Assembly: GCA_964488985.1 (NCBI GenBank)
Contig: CAZAWX010000002.1
Span: 1 to 54,033 of the forward strand
Direction of reading: 5' to 3'
Source of the DNA: an uncultured Ectothiorhodospiraceae bacterium
Lineage (GTDB): Bacteria; Pseudomonadota; Gammaproteobacteria; HK1
Length of the DNA stretch: 54,033 nucleotides
The position numbers and the translations under genes are program-made. The notes under the pieces were generated by a model, which was given only the letters and a program-made list of their open reading frames with translations, searched no databases and was not told the origin of the DNA. Shown here piece by piece: positions 23,789 through 34,306 of the stretch (positions within the stretch are counted from its first letter, which is position 1; the number at the start of each line of letters is the position of its first letter).

Positions 23789-23791
23789 CCT

Positions 23792-24733
23792 ATGACACAT
23801 GATCCTGGACAGCATGTCCCGGTCCTGGTTGAGGAATTGATTAAAGTTCTCGAACCTGAAGAGGGGGGGATTTTCGCAGATTGCACCTTTGGAAGAGGCG
23901 GGCATTGCCAAGCATTGTTGCAAAGGCTTGGAAGTCAGGGCCGAATTATCGTACTGGATAGAGATCCAGAAGCCATAGGTGTGGCACGGGCATTAGCGGA
24001 CGAGGATCAGCGTGTGAGCGTATATCAGGCGGAGTTTGCCAATTTGAATGCCATCATGGCCGAGGCGAATTTGTCTGTGGACGGCGTATTTTTCGACCTG
24101 GGAGTGTCTTCACCGCAATTGGATCAACCACAGCGAGGCTTCAGTTTTCGCGCTGATGGCCCGTTGGATATGCGCATGGATCCTACGCACGGGCAATCCG
24201 CCTCGCAATGGCTGGCCTGTGCAACGCACGGGGAGATAGCCCGCGTTCTCAGAGAATACGGAGAAGAACGGTTCGCAAACAGAATTGCTTCACGTATTGT
24301 CCGTTGCAGAGAACAAAAAGCGATTACCACTACTACCGAGTTAGTGGACATTATTCTCGCTGCAGTCCCCGCAAAAGTTCGCAATGCCAGCAAAGGACTT
24401 CATCCAGCGACACGCAGTTTCCAAGCCATCCGCATCCAGGTGAACGGCGAACTTGAACAGTTACGACTGGGTTTGGAGCAGGCGTTGGATGTTCTGAAAA
24501 TTGGCGGTCGACTGGCAGTGATCAGTTTTCATTCACTGGAAGATCGCCTGGTTAAAAATTTTATTCGCCAACATTCGAATCCACCGAACCCATCCAGGCA
24601 TTTACCGTTGCCGGTGGATGCGCCCATGCCAAGACTGATGCTGCGTGCGCCTGTATATCATGCCAGTGACCTGGAATGCCAGCACAACCCGCGGGCCCGA
24701 AGTGCAGTGTTACGCAGTGCGGTGAAGTGCTGA
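23792..24733 (+). CDS. rsmH: 16S rRNA N4-C1402 methyltransferase
   Basis: HVPVLVEELI, DCTFGRGGH, FDLGVSSPQLD, GFSFR.DGPLDMRM and SFHSLEDR motifs are present. 313 aa. Confidence 0.94.
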   Translation: MTHDPGQHVPVLVEELIKVLEPEEGGIFADCTFGRGGHCQALLQRLGSQGRIIVLDRDPEAIGVARALADEDQRVSVYQAEFANLNAIMAEANLSVDGVFFDLGVSSPQLDQPQRGFSFRADGPLDMRMDPTHGQSASQWLACATHGEIARVLREYGEERFANRIASRIVRCREQKAITTTTELVDIILAAVPAKVRNASKGLHPATRSFQAIRIQVNGELEQLRLGLEQALDVLKIGGRLAVISFHSLEDRLVKNFIRQHSNPPNPSRHLPLPVDAPMPRLMLRAPVYHASDLECQHNPRARSAVLRSAVKC

Positions 24734-25005
24734 TGACCGCCCGGCATTTTTTCGTGTCGTTACTGGCGGCCTTGTTGTTGGCATCGAGCGTGTCTTTGGT
24801 TTACGTGCAACACCTGCGGCGAAGTCTTTTCTCCGAATACAAGCAACTTCAACTGGTACGGGATCAAATGCTGGTGCAATGGGGGCAACTGCAACTGGAG
24901 GCCAGTACCTGGGCTGCCGAAGACCGGATTGAAAAAATTGCGACATCGAAACTTAAAATGAAAATACCCCAGGCAGATGCTGTGGTAGTGGTGACGGCGC
25001 AATGA
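24733..25005 (+). CDS. ftsL: Cell division protein FtsL
   Basis: ATG 24733 overlaps the rsmH stop (TGATG). 90 aa, a single TM helix followed by a coiled-coil-like region (LQLEASTWAAEDRIEKIA). It lies between rsmH and ftsI. Confidence 0.85.
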   Translation: MTARHFFVSLLAALLLASSVSLVYVQHLRRSLFSEYKQLQLVRDQMLVQWGQLQLEASTWAAEDRIEKIATSKLKMKIPQADAVVVVTAQ

Positions 25006-26735
25006 CCACGGTTGAACATAATTATCGTTGGCGCAGGTGGTTTGTGCTGCTGATGTTTATGATCGGCGTGGCAAGTTTGCTTTGGCGCAGTGTGGATTTA
25101 CAGGTCCTGCGTAAAGAGTTTTATCAGCGCGAAGGTGATGCACGGTATTTACGCACCGTAACTGTTGTGGCGCACCGAGGAAAGATTCTGGATCGTAACG
25201 GTGAGGCCCTGGCCGTCAGTACCCCCATGAATTCACTTTGGGCCAATCCCCAGGAAATTGACCGGGCAAGTCCCTTATGGCCGCAAATGATCCGCATGCT
25301 GGACTTGGACAGCGCGCGAATAGATCGGGTTTTACGACGCAATAAACAGCGTCAGTTTGTCTATCTTAAACGACAGGTGCCGCCAAACCTTGCAGCCCGT
25401 GCCAAGGCACTGAATCTGCCCGGTGTGTACCAACAACGCGAATATCGTCGCTATTACCCCGCTGCGGCGTTGACCGGCCATATTGTGGGTTTTACCAATG
25501 TTGATGACCGGGGCCAGGAAGGAATCGAACTGGCTTATAACGATACATTGCGTGGAGTGAATGGAATCGAGCAGGTTTTGCGTGATCGCAAAGGCCAGCA
25601 GGTGGAAACGGTGCGGACCATCAAAGCTGCGCGGGACGGTGAAGATGTCGTGCTCAGCCTGGATCGCAGGCTGCAATATTTCGCCTTTCGGGCCTTGATT
25701 AAAACGGTCAGGAAAAATCGCGCCAAATCGGCAACCGCAGTTGTGCTGGATGTGCACAGTGGTGAAGTCCTCGCCATGGTGAACTATCCAACCTACAACC
25801 CGAATAAACCAGGTGACAGAGTCAGTTCGCGCTTTCGGAACCGGGCTGTTACTGATGTGTTTGAACCGGGATCAACAGCTAAATTGTTTACTGTGGCGGC
25901 GGCATTGGAAACGGGCCGTTTCACGATAGAGAGCCTTATTGATACCTCTCCTGGATTTTACAAAGTTGCTGGCAATACTGTACGTGATAGCCACAATTAC
26001 GGTCTGATAAATTTAGAAACTTTGGTTAAAAAATCAAGCAACGTAGGTGCCTCTAAACTTGCTTTGGAACTCGAACCAAAAATTCTCTGGCAAACACTGA
26101 ATCGGTTTGGGTTTGGCCATAGCCTCGAAAGTGGCTTTCCAGGTGAAGTCGATGGTGTTTTGCCACATTACTCGGGCTGGCGGAAAATCAATCGTGTAAC
26201 GCTCTCTTTTGGCTATGGCTTATCGGTGACCACGCTGCAACTGGCAGCAGCATACGCAGTGATAGCCAATGGCGGCATGCTTCCAGAAGTCACATTTTTG
26301 CGCCGAGATCGTCCCGTTCCCGGCACCCGGGTCATTTCTCCCGGGACCAGCAGGCAATTACGACGAATGCTGGAATCAGTCACCCACAAAGGTGGGACAG
26401 GAACTCGAGCTGTGGTTCATGGCTATCGGGTCGGAGGCAAGACAGGAACAGTACGCAAACTGGAAAACGGTGAGTATTCAGATCGAAAATATCTGGCATT
26501 ATTTACAGGTATTGTGCCTATGAGTGCACCACGATTAGCCATCGTGGTTACGGTAGACAGTCCGGGAGGCAAGGCCTATTACGGTGGTTTGGTTGCGGCA
26601 CCGGCATTTTCAGATATTGCCGCAGCAAGCCTGCGTGTGCTGGGAATCGCACCAGATGATCCGGGCGTGAATACAAGACGGGCACAGGACCGTCTTGCGG
26701 GTCTCGATCGTAATACCGCAGGGAGCAGCCAATGA
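25002..26735 (+). CDS. ftsI: Peptidoglycan D,D-transpeptidase FtsI (PBP3)
   Basis: ATGA overlap with ftsL. N-terminal TM helix. Transpeptidase motifs STAK (SxxK), SSN and KTGT are present. 577 aa. Confidence 0.94.
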   Translation: MTTVEHNYRWRRWFVLLMFMIGVASLLWRSVDLQVLRKEFYQREGDARYLRTVTVVAHRGKILDRNGEALAVSTPMNSLWANPQEIDRASPLWPQMIRMLDLDSARIDRVLRRNKQRQFVYLKRQVPPNLAARAKALNLPGVYQQREYRRYYPAAALTGHIVGFTNVDDRGQEGIELAYNDTLRGVNGIEQVLRDRKGQQVETVRTIKAARDGEDVVLSLDRRLQYFAFRALIKTVRKNRAKSATAVVLDVHSGEVLAMVNYPTYNPNKPGDRVSSRFRNRAVTDVFEPGSTAKLFTVAAALETGRFTIESLIDTSPGFYKVAGNTVRDSHNYGLINLETLVKKSSNVGASKLALELEPKILWQTLNRFGFGHSLESGFPGEVDGVLPHYSGWRKINRVTLSFGYGLSVTTLQLAAAYAVIANGGMLPEVTFLRRDRPVPGTRVISPGTSRQLRRMLESVTHKGGTGTRAVVHGYRVGGKTGTVRKLENGEYSDRKYLALFTGIVPMSAPRLAIVVTVDSPGGKAYYGGLVAAPAFSDIAAASLRVLGIAPDDPGVNTRRAQDRLAGLDRNTAGSSQ

Positions 26736-28249
26736 TGCCGCGCCGCGAGGATCAAAATCTCACCAGGCTTGCGAAGTTATTCCCCGGTGATGTCGTTTTG
26801 CCGGTCGATTTTGATGCACCTGTGACGGGACTGTGCAGTGATTCCAGACAGATCAAAGCGGGAGAAGTATTCATTGCTTTGCAAGGCCAGCGTACCGATG
26901 CGCGGCAGTTCGCCGGCCAGGCGACCAGAGCGGGTGCGGTCGCTATAGTCGAACAGGGGGACGCGGCGCCCTGGCTTGATGACACAGGCTTGCGGCATAT
27001 TCCGGTGCCGGACGTGAGGCGTTGCTTAGGTTTAATGGCAGATCGTTTTTATGCTGAACCAAGCAAGTCGATAAAGACTATCGCTATCACCGGCACCAGT
27101 GGTAAAACGTCCGTAGCACACTACATTGCCCAGGCCCTGGAACTGCTCAATGGGCAACCCGTAGGACTCATGGGGACTCTCGGTCAAGGGAGATTTGGGT
27201 CGCTTGGCAATGCAGGTCTGACAACACCCGATTGCCTGAGTGTGCATCGTGCATTGGCTGGATTTCGGGATCAAGGTGCGACTCATGCCGTACTTGAAGC
27301 ATCTTCTCATGCACTTGTACAAGGTCGTTTGCAGGCCGTGCGGCTTGATACTGCGGTGTTTACCAATCTGAGTCGCGATCACCTTGATTATCACCTCACC
27401 ATGCAGGCGTACGCCCAGGCCAAAGCAAAATTGTTCAGTACGCCCGGACTACGATGTGCGGCTATAAATCTGGCGGATCCGCTAGCAGCGCAAATCATTG
27501 GGGTAATACCCGCCAGTGTGACGGTCTGTGGATATCAACTCAATGATAAGGGCCATGCGGATAAGGGGCATGCGCAAGTTTGGGCGCAGGTACTGTTACA
27601 GGGATCGCAGGGCTTGAAACTATATTTTCATATAGATAAACAAAAGGCCATTATAGATAGTCCTTTATTGGGGGTAACAAACGCCTGGAATTTACTCTCA
27701 ACGTTGAGCGTTTTGTTGCTGCACGATATTCCTTTTGATGATGCCATACAGGTATTGCCGAAATTGACCCCAGTTGCAGGACGGATGCAGGCGCTTGGAG
27801 GGGGCGATCAACCCTTGATTGTGGTGGATTATTCTCACAAGCCAGCGGCATTAAGTGCGGCACTACAAACCCTTAGGCCTTTATGTCAAGGACGCCTGTG
27901 GTGTGTATTCGGCTGTGGCGGAGACAGGGATAAGGGCAAGCGTGCCGAGATGGGTGAAGTTGCATCTACACTTGCCGACCGGGTCCTGGTCACAGACGAT
28001 AATCCCCGTAGCGAGGATGGGGATGCCATTGTTGCGCAGATTCTTGGTGGCGTGACAAATCCGCGCAATACCCGCGTGGAGCGTGATCGAGGCACCGCAA
28101 TATGTGCCGCAATAATGTCAGCAGGTCCAGGTGATGTTGTATTGGTCGCTGGGAAAGGTCATGAAACCTACCAGGAGATCAATGGTCAGCGATTTGCGTT
28201 CTGTGACGTGGCAGCGGTGCGCAACGCACTACAAGGGGCGGCACAATGA
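26732..28249 (+). CDS. murE: UDP-MurNAc-L-Ala-D-Glu:meso-DAP ligase
   Basis: Mur ligase P-loop GTSGKTS and a DNPR motif (DDNPRSED) typical of the meso-DAP-adding enzyme. 505 aa. ATGA overlap with ftsI. Confidence 0.93.
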   Translation: MMPRREDQNLTRLAKLFPGDVVLPVDFDAPVTGLCSDSRQIKAGEVFIALQGQRTDARQFAGQATRAGAVAIVEQGDAAPWLDDTGLRHIPVPDVRRCLGLMADRFYAEPSKSIKTIAITGTSGKTSVAHYIAQALELLNGQPVGLMGTLGQGRFGSLGNAGLTTPDCLSVHRALAGFRDQGATHAVLEASSHALVQGRLQAVRLDTAVFTNLSRDHLDYHLTMQAYAQAKAKLFSTPGLRCAAINLADPLAAQIIGVIPASVTVCGYQLNDKGHADKGHAQVWAQVLLQGSQGLKLYFHIDKQKAIIDSPLLGVTNAWNLLSTLSVLLLHDIPFDDAIQVLPKLTPVAGRMQALGGGDQPLIVVDYSHKPAALSAALQTLRPLCQGRLWCVFGCGGDRDKGKRAEMGEVASTLADRVLVTDDNPRSEDGDAIVAQILGGVTNPRNTRVERDRGTAICAAIMSAGPGDVVLVAGKGHETYQEINGQRFAFCDVAAVRNALQGAAQ

Positions 28250-29598
28250 TGCAACTGCGTCTTGGTGAGGTTGCCGCAGACCTGCAGGGAGTTTTGCAGG
28301 GTGCAGATACACGTTTTACCGGTATCTGCACTGATTCACGCAATGTTTTGCGCAACAGCCTTTTTGTCGCCCTGCAGGGGCCTAATTTTGATGGACATGA
28401 CTATGCCCCATGGGCCCTCAGTGAAGGCGCAGTTGCAGCTTTGGTCAACCGGCCACTGGCCACGGGCGACCCATGCCTGGTGGTGGCAGATACCAGCACG
28501 GCCTTAGGACGCCTCGCAGGCTTTTGGCGAGATCGTTTTGAACCACACTGCGTCGGTATTACCGGATCAAATGGGAAAACTACCGTCAAGGACATGCTGG
28601 CTGCAATTTTGGCATTTGATGCGCCCGTGCTGGCTAATCATGGCAATCTAAACAATCAAATCGGAGTACCTCTCACCCTGTCGCGATTGTCTGCTGAACA
28701 TCGTTACCTGGTGGTTGAGATGGGGGCTAACCATCGAGGTGAAATTGCCTCACTGGCCCGGTTGGCGAAACCCAGGATTGGAATCATTACGTTGTTGGCC
28801 CCTGCACATTTGGAGGGTTTTGGCAGTCTCGAGGCAATTGCCATGGCCAAAGGAGAATTGCTCGAGGCCTTACCGCAAGCGGGGATAGCTATCGTTAATG
28901 CAGACCAACCCTATCAGGAATTATGGACATCGTTGGCCGCAGGCCGAACGATTCTGCGGTTTGGTTTTTCTCCACAGGCAGATGTGTCCGTTCAGGCGCA
29001 ACTGCAAGCTGAATCAAGCACATTACAATTTGCCACGCCTGTCGGAAGGTTTGATGCGACATTGCACCTGGCGGGTCGACATAATGCCTTGAATGCGGCG
29101 GCAGCCGTGTGTGCGGCTTTGGCCTTATCTATAAAAACAGAATATATAATCAGTGGATTAGAATCAATTATGCCTATCCATGGGCGCCTGCAGCCATGTC
29201 CTGGAATTAAGGGTGCGCGGATACTTGATGACAGCTACAACGCCAACCCCTTGTCTCTGCGCGCGGGCCTTGAAGTCCTGGCGTCATATCCTGCCCCCCG
29301 CTGTCTGGTGTTTGCGGACATGCTGGAATTGGGTGAAGGCGCGGAAAACGCACACATTGAGGCTGGCCGCCTTGTTCGCGAATCAGGCATCGAGAAATTA
29401 TATGCAACCGGGCCATTGAGTTGCGCAACTGTGGCTGAATTCGGGGCCAATGCCCAGCATTTTTCCGATCAATCACAACTCATTATGGCCCTCGAAGATC
29501 AGCTTGAAATGAACAGTACTGTTCTGGTCAAGGGGTCCCGATCCATGCACATGGAAAATGTTGTAAAGGCACTGATCGGAGAGCAGTCATGTTGCTGA
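28246..29598 (+). CDS. murF: UDP-MurNAc-tripeptide:D-Ala-D-Ala ligase
   Basis: P-loop [10 protein letters not shown]. 450 aa. ATGA overlap with murE. Position within the dcw cluster supports the call. Confidence 0.93.
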   Translation: MMQLRLGEVAADLQGVLQGADTRFTGICTDSRNVLRNSLFVALQGPNFDGHDYAPWALSEGAVAALVNRPLATGDPCLVVADTSTALGRLAGFWRDRFEPHCVGITGSNGKTTVKDMLAAILAFDAPVLANHGNLNNQIGVPLTLSRLSAEHRYLVVEMGANHRGEIASLARLAKPRIGIITLLAPAHLEGFGSLEAIAMAKGELLEALPQAGIAIVNADQPYQELWTSLAAGRTILRFGFSPQADVSVQAQLQAESSTLQFATPVGRFDATLHLAGRHNALNAAAAVCAALALSIKTEYIISGLESIMPIHGRLQPCPGIKGARILDDSYNANPLSLRAGLEVLASYPAPRCLVFADMLELGEGAENAHIEAGRLVRESGIEKLYATGPLSCATVAEFGANAQHFSDQSQLIMALEDQLEMNSTVLVKGSRSMHMENVVKALIGEQSCC

Positions 29599-30671
29599 AA
29601 TTAACCGAGTGGCTGACTTTGATCGATCCGAGTTTCAGGGTATTTCAGTATCTGACTCTGCGGGCAATACTCGGGGTACTCACGGCGTTAGCCATATCGT
29701 TTCTGGTAGGGCCGACGATGATACGCCGTTTGGGCTCGTTGCAAATCGGTCAGACTGTTCGTGATGACGGTCCCCAGAGTCACCTGTCAAAAGCAGGCAC
29801 CCCAACCATGGGCGGCGCACTGATTCTGGTAGCTATTTTTCTTAGCACGTTGTTTTGGGCCAATCTTGACAATCGTTTTATCTGGGTGGTGTTGATTACC
29901 ACGGTTCTATTCGGTGTGGTCGGCTGGGTGGACGATTATCGCAAGTTGGTGCGCGGTGATTCCAGGGGCTTACGGGCCCGGGAAAAATATTTGTGGCAAT
30001 CCCTGATTGCTTTGGGTAGTGCATTGTTTATTTACCTGAGTGCGAATACGGCCGCGGAGACGCAATTACTGATACCGATGTTCAAGAGCCTGCATATTGA
30101 AATGGGTTGGCTTTTTGTGCCGTTCGCCTATGTGGTCATCGTCGGTTCCAGTAATGCGGTCAACCTGACGGATGGGCTCGATGGCCTGGCGATCCTGCCA
30201 ACAGTTATGGTCGCAGGAGCACTGGGAATATTCGCCTATGTGATTGGGCACGCAAATTTCTCAACCTATCTGGGCTTTCCATTCATCAATGGTGTGGGTG
30301 AGTTAGTAGTGTTTTGCGGGGCGATTGTAGGTGCCGGTTTGGGGTTCCTGTGGTTCAACACATATCCCGCACAAGTTTTTATGGGCGACATTGGTGCACT
30401 TGCACTTGGCGCGGCGCTCGGTGTGCTGTCGATCCTGGTCCGTCAGGAGTTGGTGCTGGTGATTATGGGTGGGGTTTTTGTAATGGAAACTGTTTCGGTC
30501 ATTTTACAGGTGGGTTCTTACAAACTGACGGGTAAACGCATTTTTCGCATGGCCCCGCTGCACCATCATTTTGAGCTCAAAGGTTGGCCGGAGCCGCGAG
30601 TCATCGTGCGGTTTTGGGTGATCACGGTAATTTTGGTCCTGGTGGGTCTGGCAACCTTGAAACTGCGCTGA
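29589..30671 (+). CDS. mraY: Phospho-N-acetylmuramoyl-pentapeptide transferase
   Basis: 360 aa polytopic membrane protein. [20 protein letters not shown] and HHHFEL motifs are present. Confidence 0.95.
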   Translation: MLLKLTEWLTLIDPSFRVFQYLTLRAILGVLTALAISFLVGPTMIRRLGSLQIGQTVRDDGPQSHLSKAGTPTMGGALILVAIFLSTLFWANLDNRFIWVVLITTVLFGVVGWVDDYRKLVRGDSRGLRAREKYLWQSLIALGSALFIYLSANTAAETQLLIPMFKSLHIEMGWLFVPFAYVVIVGSSNAVNLTDGLDGLAILPTVMVAGALGIFAYVIGHANFSTYLGFPFINGVGELVVFCGAIVGAGLGFLWFNTYPAQVFMGDIGALALGAALGVLSILVRQELVLVIMGGVFVMETVSVILQVGSYKLTGKRIFRMAPLHHHFELKGWPEPRVIVRFWVITVILVLVGLATLKLR

Positions 30672-30681
30672 TGAGTATTGA

Positions 30682-32058
30682 ATGGGCATGCTGATGAAAT
30701 CACACACGACAACTCTGACCAGCACCGAAGGTGCGGTCGTAGTTGTCGGAATGGGCAGCACCGGCATGTCATGTACACGGTATCTGCTGCAACGGGGCTG
30801 CAATGTGATTTTAATGGATACACGTGAATTGCCGCCAAATATCGAACAGATACACCGTGAATTTGCAGATCTCGAACAACATTTTGGTGGCCTCGATGCA
30901 CAAATTCTCAATAAGGCCATACAAGTGGTATTGAGTCCGGGTGTTTCACTTCATGAACCGGCGTTGGTCAGTGCGCAACAAGCGGGTGTGGAAATAATTG
31001 GCGATATTGAGTTATTTGCACGCCAGGCCAAGGCACCGGTGCTGGCCATAACAGGATCCAACGGCAAAAGTACAGTTACGGCCATGCTGGCGGAAATTCT
31101 TCGAGCCGATGGATGCAATGTTCATGCGGGAGGAAATCTGGGGCCACCAGCGTTGGAATTATTGTCTGCGGCTCAAGCCGACGTTTTTGTTCTGGAATTG
31201 TCAAGCTTTCAGCTTGAGACAACCAGTAGCCTTGAGTGCGAAGCAGCGGCGGTGTTGAATCTGAGTCCTGACCATCTTGATCGATATGCGAATTATGCAG
31301 CTTACGTAGCGGCCAAGGCACGCTTGTTTGCGCAAACAGAACACCTGATCGTCAATCAAGATGACCCGGAGGTCATGGCGCTGGATAGTGCAGGCCGTAA
31401 GGTATTGGGATTCAGTTTGAATCCACACACAAATGCACTGGCAACACGCACTGGATGTGGTCCCGAGGCGTGGTTGAGCCTGGCTGGTGAAGCCGTGCTG
31501 CCAGTGGCGGAATTAGGGGTGGCGGGACGCCATAATCATGCCAATGCACTGGCTGCCATGGCGTTAGCTTCATGCCTGGATGTTAATACAGAGTCCATGG
31601 CAAAGGCTCTGCGTGAATTTCACGGCCTGGCGCATCGTTGCCAATGTGTTTGTCGACATCATGGGGTGAGTTGGATTAATGATTCCAAGGGCACCAATGT
31701 CGATGCCACCATGGCAGCAATTCGTGGACTTGAAAATGGTCGCAACCTGATCCTTATCGCTGGAGGCGATGGCAAGCAACAGGATTTTACGGCCCTTGCG
31801 AGATTGATTGATCGGCATGTTCAGCAACTGATACTGATAGGCCGTGATGCACCGGTCATTGAACAGGCGCTGACGCCGGGTCAGTCATGTGCGCACGCAG
31901 GAGATCTTGATGAGGCCGTGGTACTAGCGGAGAAATTTGCACAAGCGGGGATGATCGTTTTGTTTTCGCCAGCCTGTGCCAGCTTTGACATGTTCAGAAA
32001 CTATCAGGCCCGAGGCGATGCCTTCATCGAAGCCGTATGCAGCAGGTATCCAGCATGA
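30682..32058 (+). CDS. murD: UDP-MurNAc-L-Ala:D-Glu ligase
   Basis: N-terminal Rossmann-like motif VVVVGMGSTGMS and P-loop ITGSNGKST. The exact start is ambiguous, with in-frame ATGs at 30682, 30688 and 30694. Confidence 0.92.
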   Translation: MGMLMKSHTTTLTSTEGAVVVVGMGSTGMSCTRYLLQRGCNVILMDTRELPPNIEQIHREFADLEQHFGGLDAQILNKAIQVVLSPGVSLHEPALVSAQQAGVEIIGDIELFARQAKAPVLAITGSNGKSTVTAMLAEILRADGCNVHAGGNLGPPALELLSAAQADVFVLELSSFQLETTSSLECEAAAVLNLSPDHLDRYANYAAYVAAKARLFAQTEHLIVNQDDPEVMALDSAGRKVLGFSLNPHTNALATRTGCGPEAWLSLAGEAVLPVAELGVAGRHNHANALAAMALASCLDVNTESMAKALREFHGLAHRCQCVCRHHGVSWINDSKGTNVDATMAAIRGLENGRNLILIAGGDGKQQDFTALARLIDRHVQQLILIGRDAPVIEQALTPGQSCAHAGDLDEAVVLAEKFAQAGMIVLFSPACASFDMFRNYQARGDAFIEAVCSRYPA

Positions 32059-33197
32059 TGCCCGAGCAGTCCAATGTTTCACAATTGCGATTCGATGGTG
32101 TATTGATCGTGACACTGTCCGCAATTTTACTATTGGGTTTGGTCATGGTGGCGTCAGCGTCAATCACCATCTCGGCTAGTAATTATGGCGATCCTCTACG
32201 GTTGTTCTGGCGCCAGGGTATCTACCTGATTGCCGCTACCGGGGGATTATTGTTGGTGACTCGTTTACCGATTTCTATTTGGCGTCATTTTGGCCCCTGG
32301 TTGCTGTTTTCATCAACACTTCTCCTGGTTCTGGTATTGATTCCAGGCATGGGTCGTGAGGTCAATGGCAGTTTGCGCTGGATCTCGCTGGGCGTCGTCA
32401 ATTTACAGCCATCGGAGTTCGTTAAAATCTTTGCCGTGGTGTATTTATCAGGCTATCTGGTACGGCGAAAAGACCATGTGCAAAACCACATGAGCGGTTT
32501 TTTCAAACCCGTGCTGTTGATGGCAGTGATTGCCGTACTGCTTTTGGCTGAGCCTGATTATGGCGCCACGGTCGTATTGTTTGCCACCACTTTGGGCATG
32601 CTGTTTCTTGCTGGCGTTCCTTTTCTGGGCTTTTCAATCTGGTTGCTTGCCATCGTGATTGTGTTTGCCGCAATGATGGTGGCATCACCTTACCGTCTGG
32701 AACGTTTGCTGACATTTGTGAATCCCTGGGCCGACCCTTTTGGTAGTGGCTTTCAGTTGACGCAAGCCTTGATCGCCATTGGCCGCGGAGAGTGGTTTGG
32801 TGTGGGACTGGGTCAAAGTGTGCAGAAATTACATTACCTGCCAGAAGCCCATACAGATTTCCTGTTTGCTGTGATTGCAGAGGAACTGGGGTTGATGGGC
32901 AGCGCAACCGTTATATCACTGTTCGGTTTTTTGACTTGGCGGGCTTTCAGCATTGGTGGCAGAGCATTGAAAGCTAAATACCCATTCAGTGCATATCTGG
33001 CGTATGGCATTGGCTTGCTTATTGGCATGCAGGCGTTCGTGAATATCGGCGTGAATCTGGGACTATTGCCGACTAAGGGATTGACCTTGCCATTGATGAG
33101 TTACGGTGGTTCAAGTTTACTCGCTAACGGGTTGGCGGTGGGACTACTGCTACGGGTTGATGCGGAACTTCGTGGTGCCAAGGCAGACCGGGCATGA
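32055..33197 (+). CDS. ftsW: Peptidoglycan glycosyltransferase FtsW (SEDS family)
   Basis: ATG 32055 overlaps the murD stop (ATGA). A 10-TM SEDS-type protein with motifs PSEF.K, LPE.HTDF.F and LPTKGLTLPLMSYGGSS. Confidence 0.93.
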   Translation: MMPEQSNVSQLRFDGVLIVTLSAILLLGLVMVASASITISASNYGDPLRLFWRQGIYLIAATGGLLLVTRLPISIWRHFGPWLLFSSTLLLVLVLIPGMGREVNGSLRWISLGVVNLQPSEFVKIFAVVYLSGYLVRRKDHVQNHMSGFFKPVLLMAVIAVLLLAEPDYGATVVLFATTLGMLFLAGVPFLGFSIWLLAIVIVFAAMMVASPYRLERLLTFVNPWADPFGSGFQLTQALIAIGRGEWFGVGLGQSVQKLHYLPEAHTDFLFAVIAEELGLMGSATVISLFGFLTWRAFSIGGRALKAKYPFSAYLAYGIGLLIGMQAFVNIGVNLGLLPTKGLTLPLMSYGGSSLLANGLAVGLLLRVDAELRGAKADRA

Positions 33198-34306
33198 AGA
33201 GTGTAACGATACTGATCATGGCAGGCGGTACGGGTGGGCACATTTTTCCGGCTCTGGCCGTGGCGGAATGTCTGCAAAAGCAGGGCGCTACAGTGCAGTG
33301 GCTGGGATCCGCAGTGGGACCAGAGGCCGTGCGGATTCCACTTGCCGGTTATCCGTTTCATGCAATCCGCGTGCGCGGTCTACGTGGGAATGGGTTGCTG
33401 GGTTGGCTGTTGGCGCCAATGCGGATCGTTCTGGCAATGTGGGCGGCGGTGAAGGTGTTGCATAAGGTGCAACCGCAGGTGGTTCTGGGGATGGGGGGTT
33501 ATGTGAGTGGGCCTGGGGCGTTGGCGGCTTGGATGTTGCGTTATCCCCTCGTGATACATGAACAAAACGCCATACCCGGATTAACGAATAAACTTCTCAG
33601 CCATGTTGCCAGCCAAGTGCTGGAAGCATTTCCAGGTAGCTTTCAACCTCGCGTGGGAGCACGGCACACGGGAAATCCAGTCCGTGCCGAAATCACGACA
33701 ATCCCGGCGCCGGAACAACGCATGGAAGGACGCCGGGGTCCAGTTCGTCTACTGGTATTGGGTGGTAGTCAGGGTGCGAAGTTTTTAAATGAACTTATGC
33801 CATCAACCTTAAAAGTTCTTGCCGGGGCGGAAAATTTTGAAATCAGGCATCAAGCAGGTGCCAACCAGATTGTGGCGGCCCGCAAGGCTTATCAAGCCAT
33901 CGGCTCTACAGTGGAGCCCGTTGCATTCTACGAGAGCATGGCACAACAGTACGCCTGGGCCGACCTGGTGCTATGCCGTTCGGGAGCAATGACAGTAGCA
34001 GAACTGGCAGCGGCTGGGGTGGCTGCAATTTTGGTGCCCTTACCCTATGCTGTTGATGATCACCAGAGCGCCAATGGCCGGTATCTCAGTGAGGCCGGTG
34101 CTGCTTTGTTGATGCCGCAGAAACAACTGACTTCAACTCGCCTGGCCAGCTTATTGTTGGATTTCGCCCGCAATCGCAAGCGTCTGATGGAAATGGCAGT
34201 CCGGGCCAGAAACCTGGTGGCACCGAATGCCGACCGCCGTGTTGCAGTGTGCTGCCTGAAGTGGGCAGGTGTTCTCCAACCGCATACTGAGGTGCCCCAT
34301 GCCTAA
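33194..34306 (+). CDS. murG: UDP-GlcNAc:lipid I GlcNAc transferase
   Basis: ATGA overlap with ftsW. G-loop MAGGTGGHIFPALAV and the motifs HEQN and GGSQGA are present. 370 aa. Confidence 0.94.
   Translation: MKSVTILIMAGGTGGHIFPALAVAECLQKQGATVQWLGSAVGPEAVRIPLAGYPFHAIRVRGLRGNGLLGWLLAPMRIVLAMWAAVKVLHKVQPQVVLGMGGYVSGPGALAAWMLRYPLVIHEQNAIPGLTNKLLSHVASQVLEAFPGSFQPRVGARHTGNPVRAEITTIPAPEQRMEGRRGPVRLLVLGGSQGAKFLNELMPSTLKVLAGAENFEIRHQAGANQIVAARKAYQAIGSTVEPVAFYESMAQQYAWADLVLCRSGAMTVAELAAAGVAAILVPLPYAVDDHQSANGRYLSEAGAALLMPQKQLTSTRLASLLLDFARNRKRLMEMAVRARNLVAPNADRRVAVCCLKWAGVLQPHTEVPHA

Noticed and set aside
23620-23886. An 88-aa minus-strand ORF in the mraZ-rsmH spacer
   Set aside because: It runs antisense into the rsmH start, has no RBS or recognisable motif, and has a low-complexity Ser/Gly/Cys composition. 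The region is better explained as structured RNA or a repeat.
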